From Blastocatellia bacterium (lineage in GTDB: Bacteria > Acidobacteriota > Blastocatellia > UBA7656), in assembly GCA_035249305.1 (NCBI GenBank), contig DATFGQ010000034.1:9168-73167 (forward strand): a stretch of DNA of 64,000 nt, in the 5' to 3' direction. A program made the position numbers and the translations under genes. This document shows, piece after piece, positions 8,849 to 17,343 of this stretch; the first letter of the stretch is position 1; every line of letters begins with the position of its first letter. The notes beneath the pieces were generated by a model, which had not been told where the DNA came from, did not search any database, and saw only the letters and a program-made list of their open reading frames with translations.

Positions 8849-10375
8849 ATGCAAGCATTCAAAGAGAGCATGGTCGAGCTCATCACACAGACTTCGACCA
8901 ACCTCCCGCCCGACGTGCGCCGCGCCATGGCCGAAGCCCTCGGCGCTGAAGATCAGGGCTCGCGCTCGGGCTCGGCGCTGGCCGTCATCGCGACCAACAT
9001 CGATATGGCGACCGACGACGAAGGCCCGATCTGCCAGGACACAGGCATGCCTACGTTCGAGATAAGAACGCCTGCGGGCACAAACCAGATCGCTATGAAG
9101 CGCGAGATTCGCGAGGCCATCGCCGAGGCTACGCGGCGGGGCAAGCTGCGGCCTAACTCGGTCGATTCGATAACGGGCGAGAACTCTGGCGACAACCTCG
9201 GCCCTGGCACGCCCGTGATGCACTTCGACCAGTGGGAGAACGACGGCGAGATCGAAGTCCGACTGCTTCTCAAGGGCGGAGGCTGCGAGAACAAGAACAT
9301 TCAGTACTCGCTCCCGACAGAGCTCCCGCACCTGGGCCGCGCCGGGCGCGACCTGGACGGCGTCAGAAAGTGCATACTCCACGCCGTATGGCAGGCGCAG
9401 GGGCAAGGTTGCAGCGCGGGCGCTATCGGCGTAGCAATCGGCGGCGACCGCACTTCAGGTTATCAGCATGCCAAAGAGCAGCTCTTCCGCACGCTCGACG
9501 ACGCGAACCCGGACCCGCGCCTTCACGCGCTCGAAGAGTACGTGATGAAGGCCGCCAACACGCTCGGCATCGGCACGATGGGGTTCTCGGGCGGCGTGAC
9601 TCTGATAGGCTGCAAGGTGGGCGCGCTCAATCGCCTCCCTGCCAGCTTCTTCGTCTCGGTCGCCTACGACTGCTGGGCTTTTCGCCGCCTCGGCGTGATA
9701 CTCGACGCCGGCACGGGCGAGATAAAACGGTGGCTTTATCGCGACCAGGCCGCACCCGCCAAGCGCATGGCCGCGGGCGAAGGGTTTGCAACGACCGGGC
9801 ACGAGAAACGTCTTGTCGCGCCGCTTAATTCGGATGACGTGCGAGCGCTCAAAGTCGGCGACGTAGTGCTGATCTCCGGCGAGATGTACACGGGCCGCGA
9901 CGCGGTGCATTCGTACTTGATGAAGCACGACCCGCCCGTCGACCTGAGCGGCTCGGTGCTTTATCACTGCGGCCCGGTCGTGATGAAGGAGAACGGCAGT
10001 TATCGCATCACCGCCGCCGGCCCTACGACGAGCATACGCGAAGAGCCTTACCAGGCCGACATCATCAAGCGCTACGGCGTGCGCGCCGTGATGGGCAAGG
10101 GCGGCATGGGCAAGCGCACTCTGGAAGGGTTGAAAGAGTCTGGCGCGGTCTATTTGAACGCGATAGGCGGCGCGGCGCAGTATTACGCGCGCTGCATCGA
10201 GCAGGTCCTGGACGTAAATCTGCTGGAGTTCGGCATACCCGAAGCGATGTGGCACCTGCGCGTGCGCGATTTTCCGGCGATCGTCACTATGGACGCGCAC
10301 GGCAATTCGCTCCACGCGGATGTCGAAAAGGCTTCGGCCGTGATGCTCCAGCGGCTTGCCGACCCGGTCTTTTGA
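8849..10375 (+). CDS. Class I (Fe-S type) fumarate hydratase, fused alpha/beta form
   Basis: 508 aa. The N-terminal region has the typical GPICQDTGMPTF context. The C-terminal beta domain contains GEMYTGRDAVH and GPTTS. Confidence 0.85.
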   Translation: MQAFKESMVELITQTSTNLPPDVRRAMAEALGAEDQGSRSGSALAVIATNIDMATDDEGPICQDTGMPTFEIRTPAGTNQIAMKREIREAIAEATRRGKLRPNSVDSITGENSGDNLGPGTPVMHFDQWENDGEIEVRLLLKGGGCENKNIQYSLPTELPHLGRAGRDLDGVRKCILHAVWQAQGQGCSAGAIGVAIGGDRTSGYQHAKEQLFRTLDDANPDPRLHALEEYVMKAANTLGIGTMGFSGGVTLIGCKVGALNRLPASFFVSVAYDCWAFRRLGVILDAGTGEIKRWLYRDQAAPAKRMAAGEGFATTGHEKRLVAPLNSDDVRALKVGDVVLISGEMYTGRDAVHSYLMKHDPPVDLSGSVLYHCGPVVMKENGSYRITAAGPTTSIREEPYQADIIKRYGVRAVMGKGGMGKRTLEGLKESGAVYLNAIGGAAQYYARCIEQVLDVNLLEFGIPEAMWHLRVRDFPAIVTMDAHGNSLHADVEKASAVMLQRLADPVF

Positions 10376-10398
10376 TCGAACTCTGAGAGGGCCAAGAC

Positions 10399-11100
10399 AT
10401 GACGAAACAAGTTGAGACGACCGAGCACGCGTTCGCACGAGAGCTGTTGGCAGTCATCTCCGAGAAGCCTTATCGCGACCCGCTGCTTGACGCGATCCGC
10501 TCGGGCCGCATGAGCCGCGCGGGCATGAAGCTGTGGGTCGCGCAGGCGATGATGGTCGTGCGCGAGTTCACTCGATTCATAAGCGCGATGCACGCGAACT
10601 GCCCGCACGCGGACGCCCAGTTGCTGCTCGCGGAAAACCTCTGGGAAGAGCACGGCAAAGGCGTTGCCGGGCGCGACCATTACTCGTTGATAAGGCGGCT
10701 GGCCCGGAGCCTCGGCGCGACCGACGAGGAGCTTGATCGGACCCGCCCGCTCGCCGAGACGGCCGATTACATCGCCTATTGCTTCAAGGCCACTCGCGAA
10801 TCTTCATTCATCGAAGGGATGGCGGCGATAGGAATAGGCATAGAGTATTTCTCGCCCAGGTTTTTCGCCGCGCTCGCCAAAGCGCTCACCGCCAGCTACG
10901 GCATAAGCAGCCAGGACGTTGAGTACCTGCTGGTTCACGTCGGAGAGGATGAAGACCATGCGCGGCGGTCGCTGGAAGCAATCACCACTTACGCCGATAC
11001 GGACGAGAAGAGGGAGCGCGCCAAACAGGCGCTGCGCGACATGCTAGAGGTCAAGGGAAGATTCGCCGACGCCGTGTATGCTCACTGCATGAACGCTTGA
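10399..11100 (+). CDS. TenA/PqqC-like haem-oxygenase-fold iron-containing redox enzyme family protein
   Basis: 233 aa, all-helical. The segment LWEEHGKGVAGRDHYSLIRRL ... VHVGEDEDHARR resembles the PqqC/TenA/CADD family. Confidence 0.55.
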   Translation: MTKQVETTEHAFARELLAVISEKPYRDPLLDAIRSGRMSRAGMKLWVAQAMMVVREFTRFISAMHANCPHADAQLLLAENLWEEHGKGVAGRDHYSLIRRLARSLGATDEELDRTRPLAETADYIAYCFKATRESSFIEGMAAIGIGIEYFSPRFFAALAKALTASYGISSQDVEYLLVHVGEDEDHARRSLEAITTYADTDEKRERAKQALRDMLEVKGRFADAVYAHCMNA

Positions 11101-11132
11101 TTTGAAATTTGAAATCTGAAATTTCAAATCTG
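11101..11132. repeat. AT-rich heptamer palindrome between convergent stops (weak bidirectional terminator)
   Basis: TTTGAAA TTTGAAA TCTGAAA TTTCAAA TCTG. A 9-bp stem ATTTGAAAT/ATTTCAAAT is present. It overlaps the stop of the minus-strand gene at 11124-11126. Confidence 0.5.
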
Positions 11133-12323
11133 CTTGTCGTTGACGGCCCACACGTCTCGCTTGCCGCGTATGAAATAAAAAAGCCCCACGAGCGCGGCCG
11201 CGTTCATAACTGAAAAGATATAAGCTACGTTCAGAAGGCGGACTTTGCGGTTGCGCTTCGCAAGAACGCCGCCCGTCACGACGCCTGCATAAAACGCGAC
11301 CTGTCCCGCCAGACAGAGCGAGTAGAATACCTGCTCGCCGCCGATAATAAGGTTCGTCACAAGCAAAAGCATCAAGAAGAATGGCGCGGCCAACCGCATC
11401 AGCTTGTGAGAGAAGAACTGGAAGAAGAGCCCGTAGGTCGGCAGCAGCAATCGCGGCATCAACTGGCAGAGCTGGTAATTGCCTGTAAGCGTGCGAACCT
11501 TGCGCGAGAACTCGCGGCCGGCCGTGCCGGTCCAGATGTCGCGCGCCAGCGCACGTTCTTCAAAGACTATGCGGTGGCCGCCGAGGGCAATTCTCATAGG
11601 CGTGTAAACGTCATCGAGGATCGTGCCTTCGGGGACCGGCCGCCAGAGCTCGCGGCGTATGGCGTAGATCGCTCCCGCCGCGCCGACGACCGAATTTAAT
11701 CGGCCTTCGTTTTTTCTTATCCACTCTTCGTACTTCCAATAAAAGCCGACGCTTTCGCCTACCGAGGCGTTCGCGCCTTTGTTGAGCAGGTACGCCCCGG
11801 AGACCGCGCCGACTCGCTCGTCTGCAAAGTTCGCCACAAGCCGACGGATGGCGTCAGGCTCAAAGGTCTGGCGCGCGTCGCCAAAGAGTATGATGTCGCC
11901 CTTGGCGTTGGCCACTCCCAGGTTGAGCGCGGCAGCTTTGCCGCGACGCGCGGGGTAGGCGATCACGCGGACGCGCGGCGAGGCCAATCGGCGCGCGAGC
12001 TTTTCGGTCCGGTCGGTCGAGCCGTCCGACACGATGATGATCTCAAGCAGGTCCGGGGGGTAATCGGCTTCGACAAGATTCTTGATCCTGGCTTCGATCG
12101 TCCCGGCTTCGTTATGGCATGCGATAACGACAGACACATGCGCGTTGAGATCGGCCTTGCGGACCCTGCGGCCAGCGAACCGGGCGAGCAGCCAGACCAC
12201 CACCGGGTAGCCGATGAAGGTGTAAAAGACTGCCGCGGCGGAGATCCAAAAAAGCGTCCTTGCCATGCCAACTCTTAAAGTGCGGAAAAACCAGAACCCT
12301 CTCACCATCATGGAAATTCTCAA
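11124..12323 (-). CDS. Family 2 glycosyltransferase (membrane-bound, processive-type architecture)
   Basis: 399 aa. The motifs VSVVIACHNEAGTIE, IIIVSDGSTDRT, FGDARQ and C-terminal TM helices are present. The start is uncertain; MARTLFW at 12266 is an alternative. Confidence 0.8.
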   Translation of the reverse strand: MRISMMVRGFWFFRTLRVGMARTLFWISAAAVFYTFIGYPVVVWLLARFAGRRVRKADLNAHVSVVIACHNEAGTIEARIKNLVEADYPPDLLEIIIVSDGSTDRTEKLARRLASPRVRVIAYPARRGKAAALNLGVANAKGDIILFGDARQTFEPDAIRRLVANFADERVGAVSGAYLLNKGANASVGESVGFYWKYEEWIRKNEGRLNSVVGAAGAIYAIRRELWRPVPEGTILDDVYTPMRIALGGHRIVFEERALARDIWTGTAGREFSRKVRTLTGNYQLCQLMPRLLLPTYGLFFQFFSHKLMRLAAPFFLMLLLVTNLIIGGEQVFYSLCLAGQVAFYAGVVTGGVLAKRNRKVRLLNVAYIFSVMNAAALVGLFYFIRGKRDVWAVNDKQI

Positions 12324-12391
12324 AACAAGGCTATTTCCAGTGGAAAACTGCGGCTATTGGCGCTTTACAACCATGTGAGGAGCGACGCTTG

Positions 12392-13210
12392 ATGAAAAAC
12401 GCCATGTCCGTTGACCTTGAAGATTGGTTCTGCGTGCACAACATGGAGCGGGCCATCAACAAGAGCGACTGGGACGCCTGCGAGATGCGCGTAGTCGAAA
12501 ACACCCGCAAGATTATCGATCTGCTCGACCGACACAAGACCGAGGCTACGTTCTTCGTGCTCGGCTGGGTTGCCGAGCGCGCGCCGGATCTGGTGCGCGA
12601 CATCGCAGCCCGCGGCCACGAGATCGCCACTCACGGCTATTCGCACACGCTGCTGACGGACATGACGCCCGAGTCGTTCGAAGAAGATTTGCGGCGTGCA
12701 ATCCACGTCACGCGCGCCTGCGTCGATCAAGAGATCGTAGGTTTTCGCGCGCCGTCTTTTACGGTCACGGCGGATACGCTCTGGGCCGTAGAGGTTTTGA
12801 CGCGCAACGGCATCAAGTACGATTCGTCGGTCTTTCCCGTCGGGTTTCACCCCGATTACGGGATGCCGAACGCTTCGCTTTCGGTCTACCGCCACAACGA
12901 TTCGCTCGTGGAAGTGCCCTTGAGCTGCGCCGAGTTCGTAGGCAAGCGCATCCCTTGCAGCGGCGGCGGGTACTTTCGCATCTTCCCGTACGCGCTGACG
13001 AAACGATTGTTAAAGCGCTGCAACGCGCAGGGGCGGCCCGCGATCTTTTATCTCCACCCTTGGGAGCTTGACCCCGGCCAGCCCCGCGTGAAGCTCCCGC
13101 TGCTCAAGAAATTTCGCCATTATTACAACCTCGACAAGACGCTCGCGCGGCTCGACCGTTTGCTGGGCGACTTCGAGTTCACTTCGGTAAGGAAGGTGAT
13201 TGGTCTATGA
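12392..13210 (+). CDS. Polysaccharide deacetylase (PEP-CTERM-locus type)
   Basis: ORF from 12260. The ATG at 12392 is preceded by GAGGAG and gives MKNAMSVDLEDWF. The NodB-like motifs HEIATHGYSH and FRAPSF are present. Confidence 0.8.
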   Translation: MKNAMSVDLEDWFCVHNMERAINKSDWDACEMRVVENTRKIIDLLDRHKTEATFFVLGWVAERAPDLVRDIAARGHEIATHGYSHTLLTDMTPESFEEDLRRAIHVTRACVDQEIVGFRAPSFTVTADTLWAVEVLTRNGIKYDSSVFPVGFHPDYGMPNASLSVYRHNDSLVEVPLSCAEFVGKRIPCSGGGYFRIFPYALTKRLLKRCNAQGRPAIFYLHPWELDPGQPRVKLPLLKKFRHYYNLDKTLARLDRLLGDFEFTSVRKVIGL

Positions 13211-13860
13211 ATCAGGAGCTAGTCAGACAGAAGAATTTTTGGGACGAAGAGATAAACAATTTCGACTCGATCTACTCGCACCAGAAGAGCAAGTTCAGCA
13301 ACTTCTTAGACAGGGTCTTCCGCTGGGACATGTACGAGCGGTTCAACTACACGATAAGGAACTCCGAGCCGGTTCGCGGCAAGAGTTTTCTAGACGTGGG
13401 CTGCGGGACGGGCCGTTACTCGCTCGAATTCGCGCGCCTGGGCGCAGCACGTGTCGTCGGCCTGGACATAGCCGAGCGTATGGTCGAGGCTTGCCGCCGC
13501 CGCGCCGCCGAGCAGAAAGTCACCGACGACGTCACTTTCATTCAAAGCGATTTGACGAACTACATCCCCGACCAGAAGTTCGACGTGGCGATAGGCATAG
13601 GGCTCTTTGATTACATCAAAGACGCGCTCCCGGTCGTCAAGCGGATGAGAGAATCGGTGACCGACCGCGCGATAATGAGCTTCCCGCGCCGCTGGACCTG
13701 GCGCGCGCCCGTCCGCAAGGCGCGGCTCGGGTTGAAGCGGTGCGACGTCTACTTTTACTCCGCCAAAGAGATCGAGAATCTCTTGAGAGAAGCCGGGTTC
13801 GCCAGACACACCGTCGAGGTCGTGGGCCAGCTTTATTGCGTCACCGCGTTCGTCGAGTGA
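13207..13860 (+). CDS. Class I SAM-dependent methyltransferase
   Basis: 217 aa. Motif I is FLDVGCGTGRYS. An ATGA start/stop overlap with the deacetylase gene suggests translational coupling. Confidence 0.8.
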   Translation: MNQELVRQKNFWDEEINNFDSIYSHQKSKFSNFLDRVFRWDMYERFNYTIRNSEPVRGKSFLDVGCGTGRYSLEFARLGAARVVGLDIAERMVEACRRRAAEQKVTDDVTFIQSDLTNYIPDQKFDVAIGIGLFDYIKDALPVVKRMRESVTDRAIMSFPRRWTWRAPVRKARLGLKRCDVYFYSAKEIENLLREAGFARHTVEVVGQLYCVTAFVE

Positions 13861-13881
13861 TTAAGCCGGATTGCAGTAACC

Positions 13882-14042
13882 TGTAGGGGCCATGGCGCAT
13901 GATGCGCTTCGCGCGGCGCGGGCTTGTCCCCGCCCGGATTGCCGAAGGCAATGATGTGCGTTTCTTATCGACCACTTCGCTTGTTTTGTATCTCGTCATC
14001 GAGCTTCGCTCGATCCGGGCAGCCACAAGGGCTGCCCCTACA
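13882..14042. repeat. Family C MITE-like element (copy C2, with internal insertions)
   Basis: It has the same termini as C1 (TGTAGGGGC ... GGGCAGCCACAAGGGCTGCCCCTACA). The left arm is interrupted by a 31-nt family D unit at 13891-13921. Confidence 0.7.
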
Positions 14043-14073
14043 ATTCTTGCCTATACCCCATCTTTTTATAGTG

Positions 14074-14102
14074 TTCCTTTTTCAATCCAAAAATGGTATA
14101 AG
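14074..14102 (+). promoter_or_regulatory. Possible sigma70 promoter (TTCCTT-17-TGgTATAAG)
   Basis: Hexamers are at 14074-14079 and 14097-14102, with an extended -10 TG at 14094-14095. It lies about 270 nt upstream of the 14370 start. Confidence 0.3.
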
Positions 14103-14369
14103 AGGGCGGGAATAACGCGGACAACTCCTGCGTTAATCGATCAAGCCGGTTTCAATACGGGTTTTCTGTGGATCGGCTATTGAATGCGCCTCCGACGAGA
14201 AGGGCCTCTCAGTGGGCGCACTCGTACCTGCTCCCCGTTGCATCGATTTGCCTCTACAATTTGGAATCTTTCAGAGCACGAAGCTGGAAGAGAATAAAGC
14301 GCGGCTTATAGATCGCGTGATCTTGAGTAGGGCTGCCCCCGCGGGCGGCGCAAAGTGGGAGATTGAGCG

Positions 14370-15644
14370 ATGACCGAGATAGACTGGGCGGGTCTGCTCA
14401 CTGAAGGGGATGTCGAAGGCCTTTGGAACGGGCTTTACCAAATGGTCTCGCGCCACCCGGCCGTGCGGCCCCTGCACTTCGCCACGGACGGCGCGGCCGT
14501 GGCCTCGCAAGTGGAGATCAACGCCGACCTCACGCAAGAACTCTTTCTTGAGCTGTTTCAGAAACAACGCTTCGACCATTACTCAGATAATCGCTATTCC
14601 AGCACAGATATTGAAAACGAGATCGCGCACATAGAGGTGCCTAACCTGGTCGGCGCACGTCTGCGCAAGCGTTACCCCGAGTCTTTCCGCATGGCGCGGC
14701 GCGTAAGCTCTCTGTTGAAGTCGAGCGAGCGCTTCCGCCGCCTGGGGGCCGACGCTGCGACTGAAACGGTCGAGCAGCAAGAGAAGCCCGCGCGCCGCCG
14801 GGGGCGACCGCCCGGCTCTTCGAAGGCTAAGCTGGCCGCCGACGCGCCGGTGACGATTGCCGACAACCTCGACGACAACGATGAGGATGTCGAGTTGATC
14901 GACGACACCTACGAAGAAGAGCCGCCCGCCAAAAAGAACGGCAACGGCGTCCGCCGCCGCCGCATGGTCAATCAGGTCTTCGGCCTCAGAGAGTGGCCCG
15001 CTTCAAAACTGCTCGGCGACTCAGGCCATTTCGCGGACCTGATTAAGAGCGTCCCGATGAGAAAGCGCGACACGCGGCTGGTGGGCCGCTCGGGCTCGTC
15101 GCAGTTGATACTGTCGAACCCCGAGCTTGAGGCTTTGATAGTCGAGGTCTTCTCGGCGATTGATTCGCCCGCCGACGTGAGGACAGTCCGCCAGTTGGTC
15201 TTATCGAAGATCCCTCTACAGGATTACAACGTCGCGTCGCTCGACGAAGAGCTGAGCCCCGCAAACAACGGCGCGGGGCTGCGTCGCGACGCGCCCGACA
15301 CGCGCGAGACGCCCGAGGCGGCGCTGCTCAGGGAAGAGAAGCACGAGCGGATCGCGCTGATGGCCGACGACTTCCTGAATCGACTGCGGCGGGCCGTCAA
15401 CAACAACGAGCGGCGGTTCGCGCGGCTGCTTTCGACGCTCTACCACTGTTATTACAACCCGCAATCGCCTTCGCAGCTAGAGATCGCGCGGCTGCTCGGG
15501 GTGAGCGATTCGCTTGTGAGCGATAACCGGCGGCTGATCGAATACGAGCTTAAGAAGCTGCGGCTGACGGTCGAAGACGGCGCGGTCTTCTCAGAGTCGT
15601 TGCAGCGATTGGTCCAGAGAACGGCGAGCATACTTCCCGCTTAA
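14370..15644 (+). CDS. Hypothetical sigma-factor-like regulator with a large acidic/basic insertion and an AT-hook-like motif
   Basis: 424 aa. The N-terminal ADLTQELFLELFQKQRFDHY resembles sigma70 region 2. The C-terminal SQLEIARLLGVSDSLVSDNRRLIEYELKKLR resembles the region 4.2 HTH. About 250 aa lie between them, including PARRRGRPPGSSK (an RGRP AT-hook core). Confidence 0.45.
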   Translation: MTEIDWAGLLTEGDVEGLWNGLYQMVSRHPAVRPLHFATDGAAVASQVEINADLTQELFLELFQKQRFDHYSDNRYSSTDIENEIAHIEVPNLVGARLRKRYPESFRMARRVSSLLKSSERFRRLGADAATETVEQQEKPARRRGRPPGSSKAKLAADAPVTIADNLDDNDEDVELIDDTYEEEPPAKKNGNGVRRRRMVNQVFGLREWPASKLLGDSGHFADLIKSVPMRKRDTRLVGRSGSSQLILSNPELEALIVEVFSAIDSPADVRTVRQLVLSKIPLQDYNVASLDEELSPANNGAGLRRDAPDTRETPEAALLREEKHERIALMADDFLNRLRRAVNNNERRFARLLSTLYHCYYNPQSPSQLEIARLLGVSDSLVSDNRRLIEYELKKLRLTVEDGAVFSESLQRLVQRTASILPA

Positions 15645-15666
15645 TGAAAGCGCAGAAGAATTCATA

Positions 15667-16018
15667 AAGCCCTGATAGGGTATGATTCTATAGCCAAGCA
15701 TCGCTCCCGCTCACTTAAGCCCCGTAGGGGCGCTATTCAACAGCCAGGGGCAACGCCCCTGGAAACTGATTGTTAATAATGAGAAGCCCTGATAGGGCGC
15801 GATAAGAGTATCGCCCTTTCAGGGCTTTGTCTTGTATGCGTGCGTAACCCGGCGCGTTGCGCCGGGCTATTGAATCACGCCCCTACGGGGCTTTCGGCTA
15901 TTGAATCGTCGCCCCTACGGGGCTTATTGAATTACGCCTCTTCGAGGCTCGCGGGCAGGGCTATTGAATCGCCGCCCCCGCGGGGCTTATTAAGTCTTAT
16001 AGCTCCGGGGCTTTCAGA
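15667..16018. repeat. Family B composite tetraloop-hairpin repeat (copy B2)
   Basis: It contains the same core as B1 and B3. In addition it has four to five tandem 28-35-nt units of CTATTGAAT plus a small hairpin (GCCCC-TACG-GGGGC, GCCTC-TTCG-GAGGC, GCCCC-CGC-GGGGC). It sits between convergent genes. Confidence 0.85.
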
Positions 16019-16048
16019 CACTAATCGCGTAACCGATCAAAGCATAGA

Positions 16049-16408
16049 TTACATCACCCTGCCCGACGAATCGTGGTTGCAGTAGAACTTGCGCAGCAGC
16101 TCGTCGACATCTTTCTTCCCTATCACCTCGAACACAACGGCCGGCGGGAGGTTAAGGCCGTCGGCGAGCTTGAGCGCCGTCTCGACGTTGAGCGTGTTGA
16201 CGACCGACGAAAGAATCTTTGACAAAAGCCCCTGGTCGAATCCCGTCTGGCGGCAGAAATCGATCTGCCTCAACCCCTTTGACCGCAGTTGCCTGCTGAC
16301 CAGATCGGCCAGCGGGCTGCGGCGCTGGTCCCCTCTTGAGTTGTCGCTGTCGCCGTTTGAAGCTGTGCTCGCGCATTGCACGGAGAGTAGTGAGGTCGGC
16401 TTAGACAT
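16049..16408 (-). CDS. Small XRE-like helix-turn-helix protein, last gene of the EPS operon
   Basis: 119 aa. LRQIDFCRQTGFDQGLLSKILSS looks like a Cro/C1-type HTH. The N-terminus is Ser/Asp-rich. Confidence 0.5.
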   Translation of the reverse strand: MSKPTSLLSVQCASTASNGDSDNSRGDQRRSPLADLVSRQLRSKGLRQIDFCRQTGFDQGLLSKILSSVVNTLNVETALKLADGLNLPPAVVFEVIGKKDVDELLRKFYCNHDSSGRVM

Positions 16409-16494
16409 TACATGATCCTCTATCTTGAGTGTCGTTCCATTTATCCGCGAGAGGAGCCATCTCTTTCGAAGGTCTGTCTTCCCTATCGATCAAT

Positions 16495-17316
16495 CTAGCG
16501 CCCGCCGCTGGTCAAGAATGTGATGAAGCTAGTAACCCCTACCAACCCCGAAATCTTTCCGATCTTTTTGTACAGGTTCCCGTGAACTATGATCGTATCG
16601 CCGGCCCGCAGGTAAGCGTTCTCCTCGGGGTCGGCCTTGCCTTTCAGTATCTTCTTCACGTTGCTAGTCACCATCTCGACCCTGCCGTCTTCGTACTGGC
16701 GCAAGATCGACACGCTCGAAGCGTTGCCCAGGTCCGTTATGCCGCCCGAGGCTGTGATAGCGTCGAGCACCCGCATGGGGCGGTTCATGATTATCACGCC
16801 GGGCGTGCGGACTTCGCCCAGCACGCCTATCTTCGCGCTGTTGACTTCGAGCAGCGCGACCGTGACGCGCGGCTCTTTGATGAATTCTGAAATCGACGTT
16901 GTGAAATAGGTTTGAAGCTGCGGCAGCGTCTTGCCCACGACGGTGACGTTGCCCATGAGCGGGTAATATACCTGACCCACGGGCGAGACTATGGCCTTGG
17001 CCAGCGTGTCCTCCGGGTGCTTGTCGACGTAGATGGCTATCACGTCGCCTGGGCCGAGGCGATAACTGCTCTGGAAGCTCAGATACACAGAGTTTATTTG
17101 ACTCTGTATCGCCGACTCGTCGGACACGCTCGCGCCCGTCGCGCCGAGGTGCTCACTGTTTGTAGTCGTGACGGCGCTTATCGTCTGCGAGACTGTGCGC
17201 GGGCGGCCGTTGTCGCCTTTCGATTTCTGCGCGTTTGCGGTTGAAGCGAAAGCGGCTATAGTAAACATCGCGGCCAACGTGAGGCTTAACATCTTCATTG
17301 TGATTCTCATAATCAT
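16495..17316 (-). CDS. Polysaccharide export protein (Wza-like; Poly_export plus SLBB)
   Basis: 273 aa. A signal peptide is present. The motifs YRLGPGDVIAIYV, GQVYYPLMGNVTVVGKTLPQL and the SLBB-like IGVLGEVRTPGVI are present. Confidence 0.85.
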   Translation of the reverse strand: MIMRITMKMLSLTLAAMFTIAAFASTANAQKSKGDNGRPRTVSQTISAVTTTNSEHLGATGASVSDESAIQSQINSVYLSFQSSYRLGPGDVIAIYVDKHPEDTLAKAIVSPVGQVYYPLMGNVTVVGKTLPQLQTYFTTSISEFIKEPRVTVALLEVNSAKIGVLGEVRTPGVIIMNRPMRVLDAITASGGITDLGNASSVSILRQYEDGRVEMVTSNVKKILKGKADPEENAYLRAGDTIIVHGNLYKKIGKISGLVGVTSFITFLTSGGR

Positions 17317-17343
17317 CCTTACTCCCGAAAATCCTGCTGCGTG

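Noticed and set aside
15867-16018. CRISPR-like periodicity: CTATTGAAT-containing units of about 30 nt. The same pattern occurs at 37452-37590.
   Set aside because: The constant part is only about 11 nt. The variable parts are themselves near-identical small hairpins reused between loci. The period is irregular (28-35 nt). No cas genes are present. It fits a REP/BIME-like array, not CRISPR.
15840-16085. Track ORFs lying inside repeat blocks (15840..16085, 37529..37855, 13899..14183, 13924..14115).
   Set aside because: Their reading frames are created by the family B and C repeats, and their translations are strings of hairpin-encoded motifs. They have no RBS and sit between convergent gene ends.
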